From contig OZ024743.1 in the NCBI GenBank assembly GCA_964016885.1, forward strand, positions 40,362,001 to 40,426,000: 64,000 bases of DNA, given 5' to 3'. Positions within the stretch are counted from its first letter, which is position 1. Every line of letters starts with the position of its first letter. Under the pieces are notes generated by a model, which was given only the letters and a program-made list of their open reading frames with translations, was not told where the DNA came from and made no database searches. Positions 42,506 through 60,979 of this stretch are shown in pieces. Origin of the DNA: Eledone cirrhosa (lineage: Eukaryota). A program made the position numbers and the translations under genes.

Positions 42506-43200
42506 CTTTTAATTAAGCATACAGTGCATTGCAAAATACACTATATATACATTCATATATATAGCTATTTCAGAGCAACAATTCTAATTTTCAATTTCTG
42601 CTTGACCGGCATCGCGCTGTATAATCAGTTCCTGATTATTTACTAGCATTGTATAAGAACCAAACATCGATGATTTCCGCAAACAGGAGGAGTAGTTGGC
42701 TTTGATAAGCATCAATAAATACGAAATAGGGTACTGTCACCTTTATCTCCCCTGTTTGCTGAAAATTAAAGTAAGTGAGTCTAACACTACCCTTAAACAA
42801 TAGCATAAGGGCTTCGAAATGCTTTTCATTAAGCATAGAGTGTATTGCAAAATACACTATATATACATTCATATATATATAGCTATTTCAGAGCACCAAT
42901 TCTAATTTTCAATTTCTGCTTGACCGGCAACCGCTCTGTATAATCAGTTCCTGATTATTTACTAGAATTCTATAAGAACCAAACATCACTGATTTCAGCA
43001 AACAGGAGGAGTAGTTGGCTTTGATAAGCATCAAAAAATCCGAAACAGGGCCCTGTCAGCTTTATCTCCCATGTTTGCTGAACATTAAAGTAAGTGAGTC
43101 TGTCACTACTCTAAAACAATAGCATAAGGTCTTCGAAATGCTTTTAATTAAGCATACAGTGTATTGCAAAATACACTATATATACATTCATATATATATA
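42500..43200. repeat. ~316 bp tandem repeat, about 2.2 copies
   Basis: Units start with gaaatgcttt at ~42500, 42816 and 43135. Confidence 0.85.
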
Positions 43201-43204
43201 TATA

Positions 43205-43382
43205 TAGGAGAAAGTATGACGCCGCCGGCAGAGCTCAAGCCGTTTCTGGACTCAGTCCAGAAATAGTCGTCGAAACGGCTTGCGCTCTGCCGTCGAGGTC
43301 ATACTTTCACCTATTACCTACCAACTCCACAACCCTAAGTATTGAGTACTCTGGTGCGTTATGGACCATCTGGTTCCTTACA
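43205..43382 (+). mobile_element. Hairpin-plus-tail element, copy 3
   Basis: Homologous to 249-436. Confidence 0.75.
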
Positions 43383-43409
43383 TATATATATATATATATA
43401 TATATTTAT

Positions 43410-47790
<4,381 letters not shown>

Positions 47791-47799
47791 AGGCTACTT

Positions 47800-49022
47800 C
47801 TCTAAAAAGGCTACGCAAAACGGTTGTATTAACGCCTTCCAACACATAACAATACACGTAAAACATCGGCTATAACATCACAAAACAACAAATAACATCC
47901 CGTCCTGCCTAAGCAACTTCATCAACCTATCCATGCTAATACAACAACGCAAAATTATAACTGTAACTGTGTCCAACCAGGAATGTGTCCGTTGAACAAT
48001 CAGTGTATTGAACGCAACATCATATACAAATGTACTATTGAATCGGGTAGCGAGAATGGTACTATGTGGGGTCTACAGCGACCTCCTTCAAATCTCGCCT
48101 TTATAGACATCGTTACTCGATAAAACATGAAAACCAGCGTTATGTAACAACACTCGCAGACAAGGCTTGGCAGCTGCGCGAAAATAACCAACAATTTAAC
48201 CTAAAATGGGATATAATAGCGCTGCCCTAAAAATTTCCAAGGACAGGAAGTTTGTAAATTGTGTAAAAAGGAATTATTTTGTATTATAAAATCCAAAAAC
48301 TATGTTATTAAATAACAGAATAGAGCGATCGTTATACTGTAACCATCGCTTGAAATCTATATTTTCATATTACAAACGCTACCAGGATTGAACGCCTGTC
48401 TCCATCTCCGTTTGATTGTCAAAATACATATTAACATTCTTTATCAACTCTTCTATTCTTTACCATTTAATATAAACTGCTATAGATAAAATGAGATTTC
48501 TTAATTAATTCCCTAATGCATATACCAGCAGGCTACCAGCATTGTTGTTATACAGTAGCAGTGAAAATCTCCCTCTTCCTTAATTGATACTTCATATCTG
48601 TATTAATACTACTACACTAAACGACCAGCCTGGTTCATTGTTCAATTGGTCAAATATAGATTTAAATAGGCACTCCCAAAAATTCTTATTTAGATAAAAT
48701 AAGCCATATACTCATTGTATTCTCATTAAAAACCGTCTATATACTTGTTTACCAGTAAATTAATTTGCCATCTGTCATATACTATCCCCTCTCTTCTTGC
48801 TTTCTTACAACTAATATAAATACTTCAATGTTTCCGATTTTTTCCAATTTATCTAATATCTCTGAAGAAGTGACAACTGATTATACATTTGCTACGGAAT
48901 ACTTGCTAACATTATATGATTACGCAAGCAGCGATACATAGGTGTTCCGTCTGTTACAGAAACATATGTCAATACCTAATAAATTCCTTTATAAAAGCAC
49001 TTTCATTTTATATTCATCTTTG
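47800..49022 (+). mobile_element. 5'-truncated Naiad-like PLE (GIY-YIG remnant plus pLTR), not captured by the ORF track
   Basis: Hand translation NYNCNCVQPGMCPLNNQCIERNIIYKC ... CKLCKKEL ... LLNNRIERSLYCNHR; ends in (TA)n. Confidence 0.8.
48857..48975 (+). ncRNA. Hammerhead with ~90 nt stem II
   Basis: CTGAAGA-agtgaca...tgttaca-GAAAC-atat-GTC; stem I imperfect. Confidence 0.6.
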
Positions 49023-49169
49023 ATATATATATATATATATATATATATGAGTATATATACAGTATTTTCCGTAGTGTTGTAATATAAATATTACACACAG
49101 TAGATAGACAGCTCAAGTAGAGTTTGCTCGACGGTTCCAGTTGTAGTTCCGAAAGTAATCCGGAGAAAA

Positions 49170-49509
49170 ATAGAAGGATTTAAATGGATTCAGTTTGGTT
49201 AAAAAGAATTTATTGACACGTGTTTCAATAACAGTTAGATATCCTGAAAACAGCTGCTATCTACAAATTATTAGTTATGCAGACATTCAATATTTCAATG
49301 TTATTATCAACTGTCATTTCAACAGATATTACTGAGTCCTCAGTAAAATTATTCTGATGAAATGACAGTTGATAATAGCATTGAAATATATAATGTCTCC
49401 ATAACTAATAATTTGCAGATAGCAGCTGTTTTCAGGTTATGAAACTGTTATTGAAACACGTGTCAATAAATTCCTTTTAACCAAACTGTATCCATTTAAA
49501 TCCTTCTAT
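49170..49509. mobile_element. 340 bp palindrome of two divergent pLTRs, each with a long-stem-II hammerhead
   Basis: Centre actgag-tc-ctcagt (~49337); arms are reverse complements with scattered mismatches. Confidence 0.85.
49349..49469 (+). ncRNA. Type I hammerhead
   Basis: ttatt-CTGATGA-aatgacagtt...aactgttatt-GAAAC-acgt-GTC-aataa; minus partner 49210-49330 has CTGTTGA. Confidence 0.85.
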
Positions 49510-49626
49510 ATGAATATATATATAGTTTTTCTCACATGTGGTTGGCCTCTGAATGTTACTTGTTTTATATGGAAAAATGGCTCGAAATGGCAGGTTTTTC
49601 GAGAAGTAATTTGATTGGTTGGTCAA

Positions 49627-49673
<47 letters not shown>

Positions 49674-49726
49674 GTTTATATATATATATATATATAAAGG
49701 TTTATAAGTTTATAAGAATAAAGGTT

Positions 49727-50181
49727 TATAAGAATAAAGGCTTCTATGAAGAAATCACCCCTTCGCGCCGGCTGCGACGGAATATTTATCGAATATTTCG
49801 ACATCGTGTATGAATCGCCCAGATATACAGTCAACTAAACAGAATTAGGTGTAAAATAAACTAGGAGAAAAGTGAATATATTTAGTTACCTCGACCATGG
49901 TTTCGTCCGCATGTTAAGATATCCGATAGCTTCGGACACCTAGAGCACCGGACTCCTCAGGAAGTTAGCTCAAATTTAGACAATAAATTTTCCAAAGTGA
50001 TCGCGCCAAGAATACATTCAAAATGGCTAAGAATCGTGACGTAGCAGCGGTCAGGTTAGAAGGTATGTGGATAGTTGCTTACGGCTGGTGGCTTCATACA
50101 CGCTGTCGAAATATTCGATAAATATTCCGTCGCAGCCGGCGCGAAGGGGTGATTTCTTCATAGAAGCCTTTATTCTTATAA
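49727..50181. mobile_element. MITE-like element with ~95 bp inverted arms enclosing a hammerhead
   Basis: Arms 49727-49820 and 50087-50181 are nearly perfect reverse complements. Confidence 0.75.
49888..49965 (-). ncRNA. Type I hammerhead
   Basis: acttc-CTGAGGA-gtccg...cggac-GAAAC-catg-GTC-gaggt. Confidence 0.85.
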
Positions 50182-50729
50182 CTTGGTCTAATCGATTTTT
50201 TATATGGTTATTTATGATAATTGGGAGAGGAAATGGTATATATTTTATCAGGTGATTCTATAGACATGTTTTATGATATATATATATATATACATGAAAG
50301 GTATAGAAGTTGTTTTAGCGAGAAGCTAATAGTATTCTATAACATATATGCGACTATGTCGTCAAGATGGGAAAAGTAGTTAACGTAAGATTTAGGAAAA
50401 ATAATTCAAACTCATCTCAAAAGAGAATCAGGATACAAATTCATCCACAGAATTTAGTGAAATCCAGGGAAAAAATCAATAGACCTTTAACTCATGATAA
50501 AATAAAGTTTAAAACACTTATCCTTCAATTTGGAATAACATCAAATGCTCTGTATAGTCTTAAAATACTATTTCATGAAAACTTTCAGTGGAGATGGTCA
50601 CGGTTGGATTTCAATCGTCAGCAGAGCTCAACAGATAACCAGGGCTACCACAGTATTATAAGCCGAAAAGGGAATTCTAAATCATGCGTGATTATGAAAA
50701 CGCACATGAGGAAAAACGGGGCTAGTGAC

Positions 50730-52090
<1,361 letters not shown>

Positions 52091-52350
52091 AGGTTCCTAT
52101 ATATTTATTTTATGTATGCATATATGATGTCTAGGTTTTTCATTTTCATCAAAAAGGAATATATATAATATATAACTGATTATTATATGATAAGGAAATA
52201 TCAAGGTTTAGTAGTAAGAAATAATTCAGCAGTAATCTGATATTCCAATAAAGAACACTTGAACACAAAGCGATATGAATGATAATAGTAAAAATGATAA
52301 TAATAATAATAATGATTTCTTTATTGGCCACACTAATAATAATAATAATA

Positions 52351-52414
<64 letters not shown>

Positions 52415-52440
52415 TTTCTTTATTAACAATAATAATAATA

Positions 52441-53150
52441 ATGAGCAGGCCCTCAAAACGAAGTGGTTGAAACACCATATTTACAAGGAGGAGGCTAACC
52501 CACTGTGCAGGATCTGTGCAGAGAGAGAGGAGACTGTGGTTCACATTGTATCAGAGTGTAAACACCTAGCCCAGACTCACTATAAGGGCTGGAGACATGA
52601 TGTGATGGGCAGGGTGATCCATTGGCACCTATGCAAAGTAAACAATTTACCACATTCTGAGAAGTGGTATGAGCATAAGCCAGAGTCGGTGATAGAAAAC
52701 GATCAGATGAAGGTGTTGTGGGATTTTAGGATACAGACGGACAAAAACTGGAACAGAATAGACCTGACCTGGTGGTTTTGGACAAGGAAAAAAGATCGTG
52801 CCTGATTGTGGATGTGGCCTGCCCATACGACACGAGAGTGCAAGAGAAGGAGAGGGAGAAAATTAACCGATACCTGGACTTAAAGTGGGAGGTAAAAAGG
52901 ATTTGGAACTGCCATGAAGTCAAAGTGGTCCCGATTGTCATAGGCTCACTAGGGACTATCTTAAAAAGTTTCCAGGGATGGTTAAAGAAAATTGGCCCCT
53001 CACGCTTTTTGGAACGCTTCAAAAGGCATGCTTGCTGGGAACAGCAAGAACACTCCGATACGTCCTGAATATCTGAGGCTGCAGGTAGTGGCTTGAAATT
53101 CATTTCAACAAACATTCCAATTAACTAACTGAGACTCAAATAACATTAAC
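52441..53150 (+). mobile_element. 5'-truncated R4/Dong-clade non-LTR retrotransposon (CCHC knuckle plus restriction-like endonuclease) in (AAT)n
   Basis: CRIC..ETVVHIVSEC, RHD, WYEHKP, LWDFRIQTD, RPDLVV, IVDVACPYD..EK..RY; (AAT)n on both sides matches known Dong target preference. Confidence 0.85.
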
Positions 53151-53219
53151 AATAATAATAATAATAATAATAATTACAATAACAAGAATAATAATAACAA
53201 TCATTATTATTATTGCACA

Positions 53220-53458
53220 GGGTGGTGAATTGGCAGTATCGGTAGAGGGTTGGACGCCATGCTTTCTAGCATAGTTACATCCCTTTACGATCTGAGTTCA
53301 AATCCCACCGAGGTTAACTTTGCCTTTCATCCTTACGGGTTCTATAAAATAAAGTACCAGTAATGTACTGATTAATTCCTGGCCCTGTTCGAAAAGTAGA
53401 AACAATTATTATTGCACTGGGTAATTACTGGCCTTGTGCCCAAAGTAGAAACAGTTAT
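53220..53458 (+). mobile_element. tRNA-derived SINE with duplicated 3' tail
   Basis: Matches the family seen at 36101. Confidence 0.85.
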
Positions 53459-53597
53459 TATGATTATTATCATCATCATCATCATCATTATTATTATTAT
53501 CAACATCATCATTATTATAATTATTATAACAACCAAAACATATAAAAACAATGAAACGTCTAAATACGTACAAACACAGATGCCGGCAAGCGCAAAT

Positions 53598-53652
<55 letters not shown>

Positions 53653-53700
53653 TACACACACACACATATATATATACACATGTATATATATATACACATT

Positions 53701-53800
<100 letters not shown>

Positions 53801-54285
53801 TTTATGTGTATATATATGTGTGTATGTATATATATATATATATATATATATACATACATTATATGCATATATATGTGTGTGTGTGTGTCTGTTTATGAGT
53901 GGCTGTGTGTGTTTATGAATGCACATCTGAATGTGTGGAGGTCTGTGTGTGGCTTTATATTTTATTGTTATAATATTTTTATATATATGAAATGAAATAG
54001 ATGAAATAAAATAGGCTGCTATGTACAATCAAGTATAAGTATAATATTCAAGTACTTTATCTGATCTCATCTGATATATACAATATCACCCATATATTGT
54101 TCCCATCTCCCTTGTTCTTTTACAGTAAATAAAAATAACAAAGATAAAATAAATATTCAGAGAAAAATGTATTTTATGTACGTATATCGTCGCAGCTTAT
54201 CTATCTGTATATCTAAACTAAACTTTAAAACACGCATGCAGGGACACGTTCGACTATACACAAGCACATATATACATACGTACAT

Positions 54286-54322
<37 letters not shown>

Positions 54323-54476
54323 CATACATACACACACCTACGTTCACACACACACTTATATATATATATATATATATATATAAGTAAGATGTATGGTAGG
54401 TAGTATGTGAATCGCGATGATCACGTCTGACTTACCAAATATGTGACGGTAGCTAGTTAAGCTCTATGCGTATATG

Positions 54477-54508
<32 letters not shown>

Positions 54509-54730
54509 CGGATTAACAAATAATAGTTAAATGCAGTCCACTTAGGTGAAGTCCAGTTATGGTATTCCAGGTAGTGGATGATATTAACGCTTGGCTTGGT
54601 TTGACTCAACAAGGCGTTTTCATAGTGATGCTGCGGGTATGCTGTAATTCCTATGTTGTAAACACTTGGAGTAATAATGAATCAGGAAAGAAGGTTTACA
54701 TGGTTTGCTATACAAAAAAGTTTTTAATCA

Positions 54731-54843
54731 CATAGCTTACATTTGTTTCACTGAGCTGGTATGTCTAGAGATCGCTATCCGCCTAATTTTGCGTCACTCG
54801 ATCGCCAATACAGAATTATAACCAGTCAGATCTTCGGAGCATG
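54731..54843 (-). ncRNA. Hammerhead, CCGAAGA core, ~80 nt stem II
   Basis: catgct-CCGAAGA-tctgactggt...accagctcagt-GAAAC-aaat-GTA-agctatg. Confidence 0.75.
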
Positions 54844-55206
54844 CGAGAATGAAGAAAATACACAGGCAAGAAAATAAAAGAAAATATGGAGTAGTTATGG
54901 CATTCAATTAGAACAATAACAACAACAATTATTACAACAATGCTATCAATAAACTATTTAAGGAGACCCTGACATTACTTAGGTGGGGGGGTATATAATG
55001 TATCTAATGTTACGGCGTGAAAACCAGCTGTCATAAGGCAAAAAGTATCGTAGTGTGTATCAATTTTAAAGATAAGCTAGTTTTTACAGTCTTTCTCTTC
55101 ATCTTCAACAGTATACATGAGTGGGACCACTGTCAAAGCTCAATAGTTGTAGAGTTAATACAGAGGTTAACGAATTAATATACGCATATATCTACGCACA
55201 CACACA

Positions 55207-55256
<50 letters not shown>

Positions 55257-55589
55257 AATATAAATATATATACACATATATGTGTACATAGACACATACA
55301 TACACATTAATATACACTCGTACAAAAATATACATACATGCAAAGAGAAAAGCGTGCTAATTGTAATATGGCAAAAAGAAGGTAAAGTAACATTGTAGTA
55401 GTGAAATGAGAAAAACTAGGATCTAGGATCAAATGATTGCAGCAGCTGAGAAGGAGTAAGATTGTTGGTAGATGAGGTATTTACAGACTATTGTGTGGTA
55501 TAGACTTGTGAAGGAAATAGTATACTTAATGAATATATTTTTGTGGGTAGTAGGTATCCTAATTTAAAGCTATGTTATGTTGGTTCGAT

Positions 55590-57972
55590 TCACGGAGGTT
55601 TGAATCTTATGAATTTAGTGGCTATTCTATGTCTGCAGAAGATAGATCTTTCTAACTTATTATTAAGTAGCCTTTTAACATTTCTAAGGATATACAATAG
55701 CTCAAGATCACACAGCCCGCAATAGGACATACCTGTACTATAGGTTTTAGCAGCCGACAACTTCGACCAGTTGATAGTGTAGCTAGCGTTGCTGTCCTTC
55801 AATTCCCATATTTTTCTGGCGAGGGTGGTGGAACCCATAAGAGCTCGGTTTTTCATCGTGTGCCTGTGCACATACCATCTTTTCTTAAAAGAACCCGCGG
55901 TGGATCCTATGTAATTCCAAGTGGAGTTACCCGAGATGACAGTGAACATGTACACCAGGCTCGAATCGAGACATCTGTTCGCCAATGGGCACCTATCTGG
56001 GAGGTGACAGTTGCAGTTTGAGGCGCTATTTTGTGCAGCTTTTACATTCCTATTTAGTACCCTGTTATAAGTGGGTTGTGATATATGCCAAATGGGGTTT
56101 TGCTGCTGCGCGTTTGTATGCGCTTGTGGTTGTGATGTTGTGATGAGTTTGTGCTTATGTATAGGTGCAATTGATTTACTTGAGATATTTCTGTGGTTGA
56201 TCTTGCGTATGTGTGATTCTATGTTAGCTGCTGTTGAGAAAGAGAGTTTTATAGTAGATCTATTGAGTATTTTGTGATATCTATGCGAGATAGGGAAGTG
56301 TTTATCTATTAGTTTAAAGAATATAGAGGGCAGTCTAGTTTTTATAGAGGAGTTGAATATTGGGTTGAACCATAGGTATTTTCTTTGTCTGTTTCTTCTA
56401 TTGTTTCTAGGGTTTACGTTATTAGTGTTTTGGCCGTTTACTCTAGGTGTTACATGTCTAACCCTATGTCTAGTCAAGCTATTCCTATTATTATGTGAGC
56501 GGTTGGAGTAGAAATTACTAGGATTGTTTATGTTGTCCTTATTCACTATATACTGTAGTTTATCTTTATGACCGGCCCTACTTAATGCTGCATTATAATA
56601 GTCAACATGCTCGTTAAAGATTTCTAGGTTTGAGGATAGGCGGGATATTCGGAGGGATATACTACGTGCTATGGATTTAATTATGGATTTGGGGTGATTT
56701 GAGTTGTAACTAATGTAGGCAAGATTTTCATTATTTTTGTGGAAAGGTTCTATTAATCCAGTATTTAGATTTAGAGTTACATCTAGAAAATTTACCTTCT
56801 TATGGTTTAGTTCGTAGGTAATACTTAGGCCTAGTTTTTTGAAGAATATTCTAATATTTTTCCTTAGTCTTTCCATGCTCTGCTTGTTTAGGTTCCTAGC
56901 TATAAGTAACGTGTCGTCCCTATAAATTCCTCCTTGGAGGTTACTGAATTCCTTATGTAGGTTGTGTGCTATGAATAGCCCCACGATATCTGTAATTTGC
57001 GCAGAATCATTTGATCCCATTGTAATATCGAAGCTATTTATTCTATCCTTTCTTACCCAGTAGTTATTTTCAAATTTTACGATAGTCTTTCTAGCCGCTA
57101 TTATTATTTCAATTTCATCATGGGTAAGATCAGAGTTATTTTGGGCAAATATAAGCGCCTTATCTAGGGTAGCTGGGGATATGGATGCATAATAGTCGTC
57201 TATATCAAATTGTGTGAAGTTACACGTCTCCCTATTTTGTATTTTATTGAACCATTTAATTGCCTCGTTAGTGTTGCCCCATAAATTGATTTCTAGTTTA
57301 CCCTTTACTTGTGCGATTACCCTATCTAGAATGTTTTTGCTAATGTTACTATGTCTGACTTGGATGGGCATATTAATCTAATGGTGGGATTAGTTTCAAA
57401 GTTATTTTTGTGATCTTTCAGGTTAAATGTAGGGTTGCACGGGGTAAGCGGTTCGGTGCTATCTGAAATTCCGAGTTTATTAACTATCTTGAGACCCTCC
57501 ATGTTTATGCTGGTGAATGTAGATTCATTTGTTTTTTTATATTTTTTATGTAGTTCACGCTGAATAAAGTTATTGTATGTGTTAATGTCCATAGAGTATA
57601 CGTTTGATGTTTGTCTGCTTTTACTATGATACCGTTAGTGTCTTTTAGTTTTTTAAGTAATGTATTTAAGTCATTTTGCAATTTGTTGTGATTTGTTCTT
57701 TTTTAAAATTTAGTTTCACTTATCATGTTCATAAGGTCCAGCTCGAAGGCATCGAGTGCGGGGTTGTTTGGCGGGTTTTTGCAGGTTTTAAACCCGTAAT
57801 TCTCCTTGGAAAATTCCCTTCTGTTGGTATTCGGTATCTTATCGAAATGGTAAGCTTTCCATCGGACCCTGCGGATGAAATCATTAGTCCGTCGTATCAT
57901 GCCCAGTGTATAGTCCTTTTTTGTAGGTACAGGTATGTTTTTTAGTGACATACCTATACAGTGCTTCTCCAT
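55590..57972 (-). CDS. PLE polyprotein (reverse transcriptase plus GIY-YIG endonuclease), interrupted near the N-terminus
   Basis: LKDHK..PTIRLI, QFDIDDYYASI, ITMGS, IYRDD, NFLDV, SNHP, CNCHLPDRCP, LVY..YIGST, CGLC..CRH; split over three ORFs. Confidence 0.88.
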
Positions 57973-58878
57973 GTTGTTGCCGTGCGTTAATGGTGTTGCT
58001 CGACCAGGTGGGAGCTAAATATACGGATTAACAAATAATAGTTAAATGCAGTCCACTTAGGTGAAGTCCAGTTATGGTATTCCAGGTAGTGGATGATATT
58101 AACGCTTGGCTTGGTTTGACTCAACAAGGCGTTTTCATAGTGATGCTACGGGTATGCTGTAATTCCTATGTTGTAAACACTTGGAGTAATAATAAATCAG
58201 GAAAGAAGGTTTACATGGTTTGCTATACAAAAAAGTTTTTAATCACATAGCTTACATTTGTTTCACTGAGCTGGTATGTCTAGAGATCGAGCTCTTATGG
58301 GTTCCACCACCCTCGCCAGAAAAATATGGGAATTGAAGGACAGCAACGCTAGCTACACTATCAACTGGTCGAAGTTGTCGGCTGCTAAAACCTATAGTAC
58401 AGGTATGTCCTATTGCGGGCTGTGTGATCTTGAGCTATTGTATATCCTTAGAAATGTTAAAAGGCTACTTAATAATAAGTTAGAAAGATCTATCTTCTGC
58501 AGACATAGAATAGCCACTAAATTCATAAGATTCAAACCTCCGTGAATCGAACCAACATAACATAGCTTTAAATTAGGATACCTACTACCCACAAAAATAT
58601 ATTCATTAAGTATACTATTTCCTTCACAAGTCTATACCACACAATAGTCTGTAAATACCTCATCTACCAACAATCTTACTCCTTCTCAGCTGCTGCAATC
58701 ATTTGATCCTAGATCCTAGTTTTTCTCATTTCACTACTACAATGTTACTTTACCTTCTTTTTGCCATATTACAATTAGCACGCTTTTCTCTTTGCATGTA
58801 TGTATATTTTTGTACGAGTGTATATTAATGTGTATGTATGTGTCTATGTACACATATATGTGTATATATATTTATATT

Positions 58879-58956
<78 letters not shown>

Positions 58957-59306
58957 TAGATATATGCGTATATTAATTCGTTAACCTCTGTATTAACTCT
59001 ACAACTATTGAGCTTTGACAGTGGTCCCACTCATGTATACTGTTGAAGATGAAGAGAAAGACTGTAAAAACTAGCTTATCTTTAAAATTGATACACACTA
59101 CGATACTTTTTGCCTTATGACAGCTGGTTTTCACGCCGTAACATTAGATACATTATATACCCCCCACCTAAGTAATGTCAGGGTCTCCTTAAATAGTTTA
59201 TTGATAGCATTGTTGTAATAATTGTTGTTGTTATTGTTCTAATTGAATGCCATAACTACTCCATATTTTCTTTTATTTTCTTGCCTGTGTATTTTCTTCA
59301 TTCTCG

Positions 59307-59419
59307 CATGCTCCGAAGATCTGACTGGTTATAATTCTGTATTGGCGATCGAGTGACGCAAAATTAGGCGGATAGCGATCTCTAGACATACCAGCTCAGT
59401 GAAACAAATGTAAGCTATG
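59307..59419 (+). ncRNA. Identical hammerhead in the inverted duplication
   Basis: Reverse complement of 54731-54843. Confidence 0.75.
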
Positions 59420-59467
59420 TGATTAAAAACTTTTTTGTATAGCAAACCATGTAAACCTTCTTTCCTG

Positions 59468-59514
<47 letters not shown>

Positions 59515-60299
59515 CATATATACATTTTACATATATATATATATATAAAGAGAGAGAGAGAGAGAGGTGTGTGTGTGTGTGTGTGTATGTGTGCATGTGT
59601 GTGTGTGTGAGCGTGCGCGCGTGTGTGCGTGTGTGTATGTGTACCAATATCATTCTTTTGTTTATCATATGAGTGTTCTCCAAGTAAAAAGAAAAGGATT
59701 CTTTTTCGTGTGCGATCTCAGTTTGCATTGCAGCAATGCAACATACTTTTATACAATCATCATCATCGATGTTTGTTTGTGATTTAGTTCTTCTCGTTTT
59801 CATTTACTCATCAAAATTATGAGAGTTCATTTAACTCTAAGTTACACGAAAAGCTCCCGGTTCAAGCCTGGTTATGTAGTAGCCGTATGATCAATGATGT
59901 ATGATCAGTTGTCATTGATCCCTTATGGACATTGTACCCCGAGTTATCTACCTTATCCAATGTTTCCAAGTATATAAGACGAGATTTCAGGATGACTCAT
60001 CTCTTCGTGTTGTTTAACTACAAGTCAGATCTGTTCGAGCATGACTATACTCAAATATATTTAACCCACGACTATCTCGTTATAGCAAATATACCAATAG
60101 TTTGTCCAATGTGTGACTAATATATGACATGTTGAAGCAGATATTGTGATGCGTAATAATAATGGCATCACTCCTCCATAAGCTTGTAGCAATCAGTAGG
60201 CTTCAGAAGTTATATTCTTTTAATATCAGTTTGTCAAAGAACACCACCAGGTAACCTGCAATCTATGTTGACACCACTCACTTGTCAATCTTTTGTGGA

Positions 60300-60530
60300 T
60301 TCCTGTTTCCACCTAGCGGCATTTGTTAATGACTAACAAAGTATAGGGAAGATAATTTCAACGAATTAGGAATAAATTTTCAAAAATAATTCACGGTTTT
60401 AATAAAGCTTCTCGTCTTTGATAGAGTAGGCTGCATATTAAGGAAGGACACCTTTCGATCTTGTTTAACCTTAACAATGTAGCTTATTCAGCAAACTCCA
60501 TCTTGATGATGAGACAGTAGCTTTTTGACT
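60300..60530 (-). mobile_element. Possible very old Gypsy-like RT remnant
   Basis: RSFIKTVNYF*KFIPN resembles the LTR-retrotransposon RSFLGxxNYYRxFIPN motif. Confidence 0.3.
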
Positions 60531-60979
60531 TGCAGTCAAGGGAGTAACCCAAATTGGATAATACACTAATATATTTCATGGACATGCTAGTGTGTTGGGT
60601 TTCACATTCAAATCATTTTAATGGAAGGAATTTTCCATCGTTGCTGGAGAAAGAAACAAACAACCCACTAGCTATCGTTAACGACTTAGACATACAAAGG
60701 GGTGATGATTTCAAGTAATTAGGAATTAATTAAAAACATTAATTGACTTGCTTAAGAAAAAAAAAACATCTTTCTATTCATTAAGAATGGTTTGTGTTCA
60801 ACATTTAACACGCCATCTACAATGTAATGTAGCTTATGAAAAGTATATTACCAAATATATTTTTCCGCGATTTGATTTGATTTTAACACAATGAGATTGT
60901 ATAAGGTTTGGCTGCTTATTCTCGTAGGTCGACTGTACACTTACAGTTTATTTCGATGCCTCTCGCTCCCCTTCTAGGT

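Larger units (their letters stand above)
54504..59470 (-). mobile_element. Young near full-length Naiad-like Penelope element with partial direct pLTR and a 1.17 kb inverted 3' duplication
   Basis: Direct repeat 54504-54773 / 58020-58289; inverted repeat 54680-55847 / 58288-59470; (TA)n on both sides. Confidence 0.92.

Noticed and set aside
55590-57972. Selenoprotein-type Naiad with UGA at conserved Cys
   Set aside because: The linker and endonuclease Cys motifs are ordinary Cys codons in all three Naiad-like copies; the ORF breaks are frameshifts or TAA
58276-58545. Separate 89 aa gene
   Set aside because: Inverted duplicate of the PLE C-terminus with an ATG supplied by the junction
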